Of a stretch of DNA of 64,000 nucleotides, positions 28,901 through 37,600 are shown in pieces (the first letter of the stretch is position 1; every line of letters starts with the position of its first letter). The notes beneath the pieces are model-generated. The model searched no databases, was not told the DNA's origin, and was given only the letters and a program-made list of their open reading frames with translations. A program made the translations under genes and the position numbers. Source of the stretch: an uncultured Mycoplasmatota bacterium (GTDB lineage: Bacteria; Bacillota_I; Bacilli_A; RF39; UBA660). The stretch lies in NCBI GenBank assembly GCA_900546275.1, contig URCH01000005.1:7828-71827 (forward strand), read 5' to 3'.

Positions 28901-31413
28901 TTGATAGTAAAGTAACATCTATTAATGAGTCTGTTGTTATGATGGATGAAAAAGCAACATATACAATTACAGGTAATAAAAACTTAAAAATAGGTGAAAA
29001 TACTGTAACAATAACTACAGTTGCTCAAGATGGAAAAACAAGTTTAGAGTATACAATAATTGTTACAAAAAAAGCTTCCAGCAATGCTTATTTAAGTGAT
29101 ATTGTAACATTCCCAGAAAAAGATTTTGAATTTGATAAAGATAAATATAATTATATTTATCACGTAGAAAACAATGTTAATACAATACAAATTATTGGTG
29201 TTAGAGAAGATACAACAGCCAAAATTACAGGAAATGGAATTTATAAACTTACCGACAATGATTTAACTGTTAAACTTACTGTAACAGCAGAAGATGGGAC
29301 AACAAAAGTTTATACTGTTGTTGTAACTAAGAAAAAAGATAGTAACGCTAACTTACAAAGTTTAACAATAAATAATGGTGAGTTGGTACCATCATTTGAT
29401 AAAGATACTACTTCATATACAGTAGAAGTTGAAAATTATGTTGATTCTATTACATTAAATGGAATAGCAGAGTCAGAAAAGGCTACTGTTAGTGGAAATC
29501 AAACTTATGATTTAGTTGAAGGTACAAATAAATTATCAATTACTGTAACAGCAGAAGATGGAACAATAAAAACATATTTTGTAAATGTTACTAGAAAAGA
29601 AAATGAATTACAACAAACTTTATTAGAAGACTTAACTGTTTTAGAAGGTGAATTAAATCCAAAATTCAGTCCTAATACATTTAATTATGTTGTAAACATA
29701 CCAAATGAATATGAAAGTGCAACTATTAATTATGTTAAACATAATAAAGATGCCATAGTTGATATATATGGAAACGATAATTTAGAAGTAGGACACAATA
29801 TTATTACAGTAAAAGTTTCTTATAATGGTGAAGGCACTACATATACTATAGACGCAATTAGACAAGAAGCAAGTAATACATATTTGAGTGTATTATCTGT
29901 AAGCGAAAATGAAATAGTTCCAGAATTTGATAAAACAATTCAAAATTATACATTAGATGTAGGTAATGAAGTTTCTTTTGTTAATTTAAAAGCGACACCT
30001 GAACTTTCTACCAGCACGGTATATATAAAATCTGATTCTTCTTATGTTGAATATAAAGACATAACACAAATTAATTTAAAACCAGGAATAAATGACATAT
30101 ATATTAAAGTTATTAGTTCAACAAAATCAGAAAGAGTATATAAACTTACAATTACACGTGCAAATAGTGATGAAAATAAATTGTTGACTTTAAATACAAG
30201 TACTGGTGAAATAAGTCCTAAGTTTGATCCTGAAGTAAATAGTTATACATTAAATGTACCAATTGGTACAAAATATGTAACTTTATCAGGAACAGTATCC
30301 GATGGGGCTACAGTAACTGGCTTAGAAACATATCAACTATCAGTAGGAAGTGTTACAAAGTTTATTAACGTTACATCACAAAGTGGATTAGTTAACACTT
30401 ATGAGGTTACTATTGTAAGACAAGCAAGTAATGATGCTACAATTACTGATATAAAACCATCAGTAAGTACACTTAATCCTGAATTTTCTTCTGAAATTAG
30501 TGATTATAAAATAGAAGTTGAAGGGGATGTTAAGAATATTTCATTTGATGTTACGACAGCATCAACAGATGCAGTTGTAATAGGAGATGGAGTTACTGAA
30601 TTATTCCCAGGTAAAAATATAATTACTATAACTGTTATAGCAGAAGATGGAATTACTCAACAAAGTGTTAATATAGAAGTTTATAAAAAAACAGATATTA
30701 ATTCATTTGAAACCGATTTAGAAATCAATGTACCAATAGGAAATGATTATCAAATTGATATAAAATATAATCCTGAAAATACTGATTATAAAGAAATGAC
30801 TTATGTACCACAAGATACATCTATATTAAGTGTTTCAAAAGATGGTTTAATTACACCAAATAAAGTAGGTGATACAACTATTAAAGTTACTTCAACTAGA
30901 AATTCCACACTTACTAAAACTATAACTGTTCATGTAATTAATCCAATGATAGAAACTGATACTTATATTATAAATCGTGATACAGAAGGTTATGAATATA
31001 TTACAGGTATGGAACCACATACAACAGTGGATGAATTTTTAAATAATTTAAAGAATGAACGAAGTAATCTTCAAGTTTATGATAGTACAGAAACAGATGT
31101 AATTTCTGATGATGTTAATATTAAAACAAGATATGTAGTTAAATTATCTATTAATGGAACAGTATATGATCAACTTGTATTAGTAATTAAAGGTGATATA
31201 AGTGGTGATGGATATATTACTGTTGCAGATATAAATAAATCTAAAAATCAAATATCAGCTAAAATAGAGTTTGATGAAATAGATAAAGCTGCTGCAGATA
31301 TTAATATGGATACTTATAATACTGTTGCGGATATAAATAAAATGAAAAACTATATATCAGGAAAAATTAGTTCGTTGAATACAGAATTATATGATTTCTA
31401 TAATAAAAAATAA
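16972..31413 (+). CDS. Giant (4813 aa) secreted dockerin-bearing protein: 4 ALK/LTK-type glycine-rich modules, about 38 cadherin-like beta-sandwich repeats, a Big_2-like Ig domain and a C-terminal dockerin
   Basis: Uninterrupted 14.4-kb ORF. Sec signal peptide (..FMITKANA/AG). Repeats of about 85 aa end in ..Y.(I/L/V).(V/I).R, with the recurring VTAEDG/VTAENG strand. Ig-like segment ..SILSVSKDGLITPNKVGDTTIKVTS... The start may be the second ATG at 16987. Confidence 0.9.
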   Translation: MDDDSMVETKKIEKEFTIKFILAFALIFFFACPFMITKANAAGPTYEFEYSGDYQTFVVPRSGIYKLETWGAQGGDRGANNGGKGGYTTGEVYLKRGDILYIYVGGSGKTHGGYNGGGAQPTLKTYGGGATDIRFVNGAWDNEASLKSRLIVAGGGGTVGASNKVGGAGGLTGGSSSGYGTGGVGATLSGAGSLRAGFGFGGSGTSGSGGHAGAGGGGWYGGGGSTPDGSADDDRGGGGGSSFTWNTQTKQYVPTGYSVSTDYYMTNVNYSTGSRAGDGYAKITALKLDGITNFEINRGNVPIDYKYNLYEYNLTIDNDVENIRFNILTEDGYTLTQSNRSTDMTNNLSVTNTITLTDEETGIVQVYTVNVKKQNAYLENLGVVSYGYSYTGNYEKFYVPATGIYTLETWGAQGGHRGNNNGGKGGYAKAEMYLVKGEVLYVYVGGSGSTLSQDGKTKGWNGGGHTNGYYSAGGVWSETTNMYGGGATDIRYGGNSLYNRVLVAGGGGSVGASNKAGAAAGLSADSGCGTGGTAGAINAAGSYRAGFGYGGNGTFGNGGYGGAGGGGWYGGGGANPDGSADDDKGGGGGSNFAFTSQNSKYVPEGYLVTDKNYLTNATLSNGNVSFKNPSGVTETGHTGNGYVRISPKLINGVSDITINDGEIPIDFDYTIYEYHISVLDSVKAINVNLQLNEGYSMVESYTGSYDITNEKQYVYSVDVKNDITGLTVNYKITFHKQSDYLMSGTTGSYGYTYNGLPQKFVAPAAGIYTLEAWGAQGGDRGNNNGGKGGYSTGQIFLNKGQILYVYVGSSGNAGGWNGGGKAGYGTIYGGGASDIRIGGQSLYNRLIVAGGGGSVGSTNNAGGVGGGSTGGAGAGSYGSGAEGASQIKAGNNYGTFGQGGSGIAANGGYGGGGGGGWYGGGGAGVDGSGDDDRAGGGGSGFVWTSASSTTVPSEYLLSSSQYLMEASTKAGNTSFPNTTGGTETGHEGNGFVKISFSLSYDFDIIVSDNVTLDKEFDYDVKDYTGTLDSNDSSLVTFKVTDSDSILSVDGDGTREIHVGDNTFNITITYINGAVEVFSYHIYREANDIDYLNNIYFDEHSISEFSDVSFDKNTYTYNVNLPYYMDEYDLTVDKGSSDQIITNIGHISNKSNSYSIPISVTNETGTSTKIYTLNINLPHSSKIKKLTFNSSGGSVIDFPITDDKTEFDIEFESHIASIDTLVELYDGEAKATVSGDGYIQSDKFDIIITVTEPHVEPTTYTLHAKRVTVSGYEKNLGYNGNVQTIIIPYDHEYLLEVWGAQGGAGGGRGGYSYGTIYLEKGTILYAYAGGSGANGGFNGGGSSRVGKGGGASDIRIGTDSLYSRVIVAGGGGGHGSDGCAAGAVGGGLNGGGSSASGSCGTQAGGGTQTDGGTYGKYNKAIGTIGKFGIGANAPTSGGNYFGGGGGGGWYGGGSGATSGWSNGGGGGSGFIYTSETAYVIENAKEWLLDSKYYLTNANTVSGSNYFKSPTGTMETGHSGNGYVKVTIPYQQSENNFLDGIISNKGVMTPEWDYNVDTYYLKLNSDDVEINIEGVPADSKASVVGNGNYTIESGTTEIPLVVTAENGYTKTYKVIVTRDADTNATPKNIFINGLIEEYCATLDGACDYKFDPEINTYNVKVPYTIREIVMVVDKAHYFQTVNGDGLYELSGGNNKFQVDVTSEDKNHTTSWNYNIYRDMDGNADLKVLRMISPEYEINYSYNITDYYVTVPNETERVELEAIADDENATVKIDSSDLQYGENTITITVTAANGNQKQYNVHVNRLESNNAFLKELTINDITDSENIKELEITPTFNKMNLKYNMVVENSVSKISLSGVLEDSLLATVTGLDEYNLNVGANTINVVVTAQDGSTLTYTFIINRKANANTLLSSLTVDEANLTEPFESTKFVYYMYITGETEKLTINAVPEADTSKYTIIGNYNNLQAGKNEIIIRVTAEDGSTCDYKIIVNRAGYTDNYLQSLLVTNGSEIYKLTPNFDPLYDNYTLTIPNEVTNVLLTATADGNKRAKIGNSSVYVKNINLLTENPSNNVITVTAEDGTVRTYTLTITREKSDDNSLSTLIVKDNNLIPSFNSDTLDYSFTTNDRTLDITAIPTNKYAKVEISENAKSLVAGLNVVTIKVTSETGNERIYTLNVTRELSNDNTLKTLEVKNNTLTPSFDPEQLEYNLDTFDKKIDITAIANNKYATVKIEGDLNLKEGINDIKILVTSESGDTREYIIHANRVLDDNNYLASLTTNVGFNETFDKETLEYTKTTEDKQISINATLESKNAVYSITDVDGNIITSFPQNLKLGENIFFINVTAQNGNVRTYKITITNNKNSDSKLSNLTTSEGINETFSPDSYQYTLSTKEHKITITPILRSKYSSYKIYDINGDVVSNEVELTTGQNIYMIIVEAENGTTTTYNLVVDRSAKDIATIDSLGIDVTPTFNKNNFDYTITTDETSLNLENIVLTDSYSTYTISGNSNFSNDSTSTVTIKVTSEDLKVTNTYTIVVTKIVSTDPRLSTFELNNYDFNPVFDKDKTEYEVFVPNGLQQASLKLKTLKNTSKIKSIMINNSEQVVSEINSFENNVSIPDVSSSPTITVIVEAENGDEKTYTLTISSEDLINNYLSTLNVSCGNLEPAFDRTINEYIVFTDSSTTSCNVLSTPEVSISTVEGNGDYNFDANAKYLLVPITVTSSRGEKRVYNVKIRKPLSNESRLSSLDLIGNTLTPLFDSDTFEYSVTVSNNISKLNKESFTYTTIDPDSVVTFPEINLKSGNVTQYVITSKSEDGTTESKYTLNVTREKSSNTIITEVNIDTLGNTYKCVMDQTTKSCNVTLPSNTSNFTLNATLPEGATVNPSNPSSHIFDEEDNSKTISLVVTAEDDTEDTYTVNVNRAESSNNDLLDLKVNYVSLPNFSSQVLEYDKTVLGTMSQVMISATLADKKATIVTDLSQPFNLEYGINKIDVVVRAQNKEEKTYTINITRSDSADATLSSLSVKNYPFEETYDPEETDYTIRVPRTKKTLTREEILYTLSDKNAIISLDNKLDIDFTKPNNIYTITVTAGDGVVQKYYHISVLPELSTNNNVESVVVNQTELKHKDNVFTYDIFDTDASAILESITLSNEYATHNVILPQKISYDNPYKFIVTAENGDVALYTVQLARTKTRELKLSNIEVKFNEDDDCTDICTLDKVFNEDATDYEIYIPNELTSLENIIVTPKNDLQNYEIIGNEDLKVGENKIIIRVKNSLDEIFDYTLTVYREANSDPNIAGISFKTPEYDITEFDENLYEYNVEFNAIESGKYELEFEKKNENQNITIKGAKVLYFGRNDIIVHTESESCSSTVKTRKGCNERDYIIHAYRNEAYSNLLASLTVSSGDTADLLQVFNKYKFDYVLEVDSEISKIKIEGTAFDTTHTTVTGNGEFDLEQGLNTFNIIVTPETGDSATYTLSIIRKQSDNVNLANLKVKGYELTPSFSKNVLDYYIEIDSTVNSLDIIYEKESPEQTVYISGNSNFVTGENIVKVVVLSGDKTRGKTYNIHATRKPSENNLLNGITVKSTKNGVETIHALTPSFDSLVNNYTVNVSSTISEVTISTIKGQVMQNITGNGSYILEYGENIIPIIVTSENGSINTYQVTINREFDFELLDLTVSHDGTIYPITPNYSNDVFEYNVSVGNEVKDVLINATLKETLNDISGLGEYELNTGNNDITLTVSYLDKGSINYVIHINREKSSDNLLKNLQVAEGVITPIFDPDTLEYSVNIPFEYESATIIYETNSKEATVEIKNNTNLEVEVTKDIEVIVTAENGDKKTYIIHATRMQKPVASNRLTDMYIDEGTLDPIFNIGMMNYTTEVGKDVKRINLHLKAEEPLYTKVEVYKLGSTSTTTVDMTVSDPKIMLNVDSGKNPFVIRVTNYEGNIRNYQLDVYKAGPNEARIKSLSFDYGTLSPTFDKNKNAYTMEVDSKVTSINESVVMMDEKATYTITGNKNLKIGENTVTITTVAQDGKTSLEYTIIVTKKASSNAYLSDIVTFPEKDFEFDKDKYNYIYHVENNVNTIQIIGVREDTTAKITGNGIYKLTDNDLTVKLTVTAEDGTTKVYTVVVTKKKDSNANLQSLTINNGELVPSFDKDTTSYTVEVENYVDSITLNGIAESEKATVSGNQTYDLVEGTNKLSITVTAEDGTIKTYFVNVTRKENELQQTLLEDLTVLEGELNPKFSPNTFNYVVNIPNEYESATINYVKHNKDAIVDIYGNDNLEVGHNIITVKVSYNGEGTTYTIDAIRQEASNTYLSVLSVSENEIVPEFDKTIQNYTLDVGNEVSFVNLKATPELSTSTVYIKSDSSYVEYKDITQINLKPGINDIYIKVISSTKSERVYKLTITRANSDENKLLTLNTSTGEISPKFDPEVNSYTLNVPIGTKYVTLSGTVSDGATVTGLETYQLSVGSVTKFINVTSQSGLVNTYEVTIVRQASNDATITDIKPSVSTLNPEFSSEISDYKIEVEGDVKNISFDVTTASTDAVVIGDGVTELFPGKNIITITVIAEDGITQQSVNIEVYKKTDINSFETDLEINVPIGNDYQIDIKYNPENTDYKEMTYVPQDTSILSVSKDGLITPNKVGDTTIKVTSTRNSTLTKTITVHVINPMIETDTYIINRDTEGYEYITGMEPHTTVDEFLNNLKNERSNLQVYDSTETDVISDDVNIKTRYVVKLSINGTVYDQLVLVIKGDISGDGYITVADINKSKNQISAKIEFDEIDKAAADINMDTYNTVADINKMKNYISGKISSLNTELYDFYNKK
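17101..21553 (+). repeat. Four paralogous glycine-rich modules (about 245-265 aa each) resembling the ALK/LTK glycine-rich domain family
   Basis: Approximate modules: 17101-17832, 18118-18918, 19211-19963, 20774-21553. Each has F/YxVPxxGIYxLExWGAQGG (TGG at 17179, 18199, 19289, 20861), GGKGGY, LY(I/V)YVGG(S)G, YGGGA(T/S)DIR, R(L/V)(I/L)VAGGGG, GGGGWYGGGG, and a closing GH.GNG(Y/F)V(K/R)(I/V). Confidence 0.8.
31189..31368 (+). other. Dockerin module of the giant protein
   Basis: Duplicated calcium-loop/helix segments DISGDGYITVADINKSKNQIS and DINMDTYNTVADINKMKNYIS separated by a short linker. Confidence 0.8.
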
Positions 31414-31414
31414 A

Positions 31415-31451
31415 AGGAATTTTAATTTTAAATAATTAAAATTCTTTTTTT
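31415..31451 (+). terminator. Intrinsic terminator after the giant gene
   Basis: AGGAATTTTAATT (31415-31427) pairs with AATTAAAATTCTT (~31434-31446), followed by a T-run to 31451. Confidence 0.6.
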
Positions 31452-31656
31452 GTTTAATTAGTGATATATATAGTTTAGATATTAATAATTTTTCACTAAT
31501 GTTACTTATTATATAATTAATAATATTCATTTTTATAAATTAAATATTTAGTTTAATTTTATAATGAAAATTCTATATTTTTTTGCGAATTTTGTAGAAA
31601 AAAAACGAAAAAATTGATATACTTGTATAGAATAGTAAAGGTAGGATTGTCGTGGT

Positions 31657-34600
31657 ATGAAAAATGATAAAAAGTATTTTAAACATATCTGTTCATTGTT
31701 TATTTTATTTATTACAATTTGTTTTACAAATGCAAAGGCAGATACAGCTCATAACTTAAATATTAAAATGATTAAGTGTGATGAATCAAAATATAATTCA
31801 TTCGCAACACAAAATGATTATAAAAGTTGTTACAATGATTATGTATCAGGAAAACTTTCATCATATGTAATTAATACAGGTGATGAAGTGGATACTGGAA
31901 CTGTAATTTTAACAATCTTAAATTATACACCAGGGAGTCCTCAAGTAATAACAAGTATTAATACTCGTTTAAATATTGATACCGATGTTTTAACACCAAT
32001 AGTAAAAACAAATGGAAGTCTTTTATATTACCAAACTACTTATTGGCCTGAAGATTCAAATTACTCTACAAGTTTTAACTATAATTCGACTTCAGGAATA
32101 ATAGGTGGTTCATTTGTTGATAGTGAAGATGTTCCTTTGACAGAAGAAACAGAACTATTATATTTTTTCTTAAAAATAAATGATTCTGCTACAGGAACAA
32201 TTCCTATTGAATTTTCAAAAAAACCAGGAGATAATGATATGACTGATTTTGATGGAAATCAATATGAGTTTACAACTACTGATGCGAATGTAAAAATACC
32301 AGGAGAATCATTATCACATGATGCTTCACTTGGAACATTAACAGTAACAAATGGATCTACAACTTATCCACTTTCTCCTGAGTTTGTATCAGGAAGTGTA
32401 GATAATAAATCATATACTGCTGTAGTTCCAAATGATATAGAATATATTAACTTAAATGCAACAGCAAATCATAGCAAGGCTTCAATATTAAGTGGCATTT
32501 TAGGAAAAAATAACATTAATGTTGGAGAAAATAGTTTTACAATTACAGTAACAAGTGAGTTTGGTAACATTGAAGTTTATACATTAAACGTATATAGATT
32601 ATCAAATGATGCAACACTTTCTTCAATTAATTTAACTAATGGTATAAGTTTTGGAAATTTAATTAGTGGAACTTATAGTTATTCAACAACAATACCTTAT
32701 GCCATAACTTCTACATCAGTTTCTGCAACTCCTACTCATGCCAATGCTTATGTTGATAGTGGACTTGGAACATGGAATCTATCTAATTCTGGAACATTAT
32801 CAAATAATAAAGTTTTAGTTGTAAAAGCAGAAAACTGTCTAAGTAAATACTCAAGTGTACCAGGTAATAGTTGTACATCTCAAAATTATAATTTAACAAT
32901 TAATCGACAAGCAGCATCAGATAATAGTTATTTAAAAAGTTTAACTGTTGATGGTGTAAGCGTTAGCGATTTTAACAAAACCAAACAAGAATATGATTTA
33001 GGAACAGTAGCAAATAATAAATCATCAATGTTATTAAATGGTTTAGTTGACGATACAGGCAAAGCAAGTGTTTCAGGTCTTGGAACAGTAAATTTAAATA
33101 TTGGAGAAAACAATTTCACAATTACAGTAACAGCAGAAGATAAATCAACAAGAGAATATAAAATTAAAGTATATAGATTATCAAATGAAAATAAATTATC
33201 TAGTTTAACTATAACATCTTCTCCTCAAGCTACAATGTCTCCAGCATTTACTTCAACATTTAATGGAACTTATACATATAATTATGATGCAACTGTTACA
33301 GATATTACAGTAAGTGCTACTGTACTTGATACAGGAAAAGCAAGTGTATCAATTTATGATTTAGAAAAAGGTGAGTCATCTTCTTCAGCAACACTTAATA
33401 CACAATCAAAAACTTTTGGAATAGAAACTAAAAATGTTTATGTAGTAGTAACAGCAGAGGATGGAACAGTAAATACTTATACAATAGATTTAACTAGAAC
33501 AAAATCATCAGATAACAGTTTAAAATCTTTAATAATAGATAATGGAACATTAACACCTTCATTTAATTCAACAACAAGAACATATACAGCAGAAGTAGAA
33601 GGTAATGTAACTTCAATTAATGTTAATGCAATACCTAATTCATTATATGGAAAAATTAAGAGTATAACTGGTAATACTAATTTGAATTTTGGTAATAATC
33701 AAATAGAAATCATAGTAGAAGCAGAAAATGGAAATACAGCATCTTATATTATTAATGTAACAAGAAAACAATATGATATTTCAACACTAGATGATATAAA
33801 AATAGATGGTGTAAGTATAGAAAACTTTAATAAAGATACTAAAGAATATGATTTAAAAACAGTAAATTTTGAAAAAGATAGTATTAACATTGAAACAACA
33901 AAAAGTAATAGTTATGCAACAGTATCAGGCGACGGATTAGTGTCACTTAAAACAGGTGATAATAAAATAGTCATTACAGTAACTGCACAAAATGGTATAG
34001 ATAAATCAGAATATGTATTAAATTTATATAGAGAAAAAAATAATGATACTTCAATATCAAATTTAAAAGTTAAAGGCATAGAAGCAAAAAATACAGATGT
34101 TGGTATTTATGAAGTAACAGTACCAAACGATGTTACTATCCTTACTCCAAGCGATGTAATCTTTGATTATCCAAGTGATGCAACAATAGTAAAAAGTCAA
34201 ACATTAACTCTATTAACTACTGAAGTTAATGACTATCGCTTTAAAGTTATTGCAGAAGATAGTACAGAACAAGAATATTCAATAAAAGTAACTAGAACAG
34301 CTTCAAATGATTCATCTTTAAATAAAGTTACTTTAATTATAGGAAACGATGACAGCAGATATTGCTTAATGGATAGTGATAATACTTGCCGTATTGAAGT
34401 ACCTGTAGATACATTACAATTTACTTTAGAAACAGATATAGCAAGTACAGCATCTGTTGTACCATCAGATGATACTGTTCACTCAATGCCAGCAAGTGAA
34501 TCATCAAAAAGTATTACTTTAACTGTAACGGCAGAAGACGGAACAACTACTGTTTATACAGTTAATGTTGAAAGACAAAAATCATCAAATGCAAATTTAT

Positions 34601-37600
34601 CAGACTTAAAAGTTAATGGACAAACAATAGAAGGGTTTAATTCATCAAAGCAAACATATGAAATATCAGTTCCTGGAACTATAGATAAGGCTCTTATAGA
34701 AGCAACTGTTGAAGATACAGATAAAGCAGTAATAACTACAGATTTATCAAATCAATTTGATTTAGAATTTGATAAACAAAATAAAATTGAAATATCAGTT
34801 CAAGCTGAAAATAAAACAGTAAAAACTTATACAATTTATATTACCAGAAACCATAGACAAGATATTACTTTAAAAGACTTAACAATTAATGGTGTAACTA
34901 TATCAGATTTTACTTCAACAAAAGATGAATACACTTTATCTGAATTACCTTATAACACACATCAACTTAACATAGTAGCAACTCCAAATGATGAATTGGC
35001 TACAAAAACAGGTGATGGACTAGTAAGAATTAATACTGGAAATAACGATATAACCATTACAGTTTATGCACATGATACAAGCATATATCATGATTATGTG
35101 ATACATGTTAGTCGTAAACTTAATGATGATGCAGGAATTAAAGAAATAAGTTTATCTGGAAATAAAGCAACATATAATAGTTCAACTAAAAAATATGAAG
35201 TAACAGTACCAAACAATATAGAAGAAGTCAATGCAAGTAATTTAATCGTTAATGTAAATGATCCAATAACATCTAGTGATAAAAAAGCAACCGTAGCATT
35301 TGATACAACACCTATTTTAACTACATCAACAAATGATATAACAATTAAAGTAACAGCAGAGGATGGAACAGTTAAAGACTATATTTTGTCAGTAACAAGA
35401 ACTAAATCAAATATTGCAACATTAGATAGTTTAACAGTAACAAATGGTTCATTTAATCCAAGTTTTTCAAAAGATACATTTGAATATTCAGTAACCGTAC
35501 CTGTTGAAACTACTGAATTTAATGTTTCCGGAGTAACAACAGAAAGCCATGCTAATATAACATCAGGCGTTGGTCATTATACAATGACTGAAAGTAGTAC
35601 AAGAGTTGAAGTAGTAGTTGTAAGTGAAGATTTATCAGTAACAAATACATATATATTAAATATTACTAGAACAAAATCAAGTGTGAATACACTTTCAGAT
35701 ATTACTGTAAGTGAAGGAACATTAACACCTACTTTTGCTTCTAACAAAACATCATATACTGTAAATGTAGCAGGAGATATAGATTCAATAGAAATAGGTG
35801 CTACTTTAACAGATAGTAGAGCTAAAATATTATCTGGAACAGGTACACATCAATTAAATGTAGGCAGTAATACAATTACTATAGAAGTTGAAAGTGAATC
35901 TGGAGCAAAACAAAACTATACAATAAATGTTATTAGAGCTAAAAAACTAAATAATAATTTAGCAACCTTAAAAGTAGATGGAATAAGTGTTAAAGACTTT
36001 GATAAAGATACACTTGAATATACATTAGATGATGTATTATATTCAAAAACTAGTATTGATATATCTGCCACTGCTGAAGATGAAGATGCTACAATTGAAG
36101 GTGTAGGAACAAAAGGATTAAAAACAGGTTTAAATGAATTTAATATAGTTGTAACTGCACAAAATGGTGATAAGAAAACATATACAATTAAAATAAATAG
36201 AGCTAAAAATGATAATGCTAATTTAAGTTTACTAGCGGTAAGTGGATATGTTTTAGTTCCAACATTTGATAGTGAAATTTATGACTATGAAGTAACCGTT
36301 GATGCAATAAAAGAAAAATTACTTGCATCTGAGGTAACAGCAGAACCAGAGGATAGCAATGCAACAGTAGAAAAACCAGAAGAAATTTCTTTATCAACAA
36401 CTAATGATAATTATTATATAATTAAGGTAACTGCAGAAAATGGAAATGTAAAAACATATACAATTAAAGTAATTAGACCAAAATCTAGTGATGCAACTAT
36501 TAAAGAAGTTAAATTAACTGGTGCTACAATATCTCCAACATTTACTCCAAATAATAAAGATTATGTATTAACTGTCCCTTATGGAAAAACAGATTTTAGG
36601 GTAGAAGCAATTGCTAATGTTAAAACAACTACTATTACAGGAAATGGAAATTATAAATTGTCTGATGGAAAAGTAATAATAACTTCACAAGCAGAAGATG
36701 GAACTGTATTGGTATATAATTTCACAATAGTAGAAGCACTAAGTAATGATGCAACGTTAAGTGATTTAAATGTTAGTGGATATCCTTTGGATAAAACATT
36801 CTATTCAACAACACTTAATTACTCAATAGGAGATTTACCTTATGGAACAACACAACTAAGAATTAATGCAACACCTAATAACGCATTGTCTACTATTGAA
36901 TATTACGTAGATGGTGTAAAACAAGAAAGTAATATAGTTAATATACCTGAAATTCTAGGCTCAAAAACTATTTCAGTTAAAGTTCTAGCCAATGATAAAG
37001 TTACAACACAAACTTATAATATTAGTTATAACATTGTAGCTTCTGATAATTCATATTTAAGTAAACTAGTTTCATCAGTTGGTACAATTGACTTTATAAA
37101 GACAAATTCAAATTATAACATTACTGTTGACAATGAAATTACTAGTGTTGACTTAACTTTAGAAACTGAAGATAAAAATGCAACAATAACAGTTAATGGA
37201 GCTACATCATTTACTCCAAAAACAGTTACTATTTCAGATTTAAATATAGGAAATAATTCAATTAGTATATTAGTAACTGCTCAAAACGCAACAACAAGAA
37301 CTTATAATTTAGTAATTAAAAGATTAGATAAACAAGCTTCAAATGATGCATATTTAAGTTCATTAAGTGTAGATGGTTATGAATTTGATAAGGAATTTAC
37401 AATGAATCAAGAAGAATATTCAATTGGACAAATTCCGTTTGAAACAGATAAACTTACAGTAAATGCAACAGCTAATATGGGAACATCAAAAATAAGTTAT
37501 TTAGTAAATGGAATTAAACAAGATAGCAATGTTGTAACAATTCCAAAAATAGAGGGTACATCAGCTATAGTTGTTCAAGTAACAGCAGAAGATGGAAAAA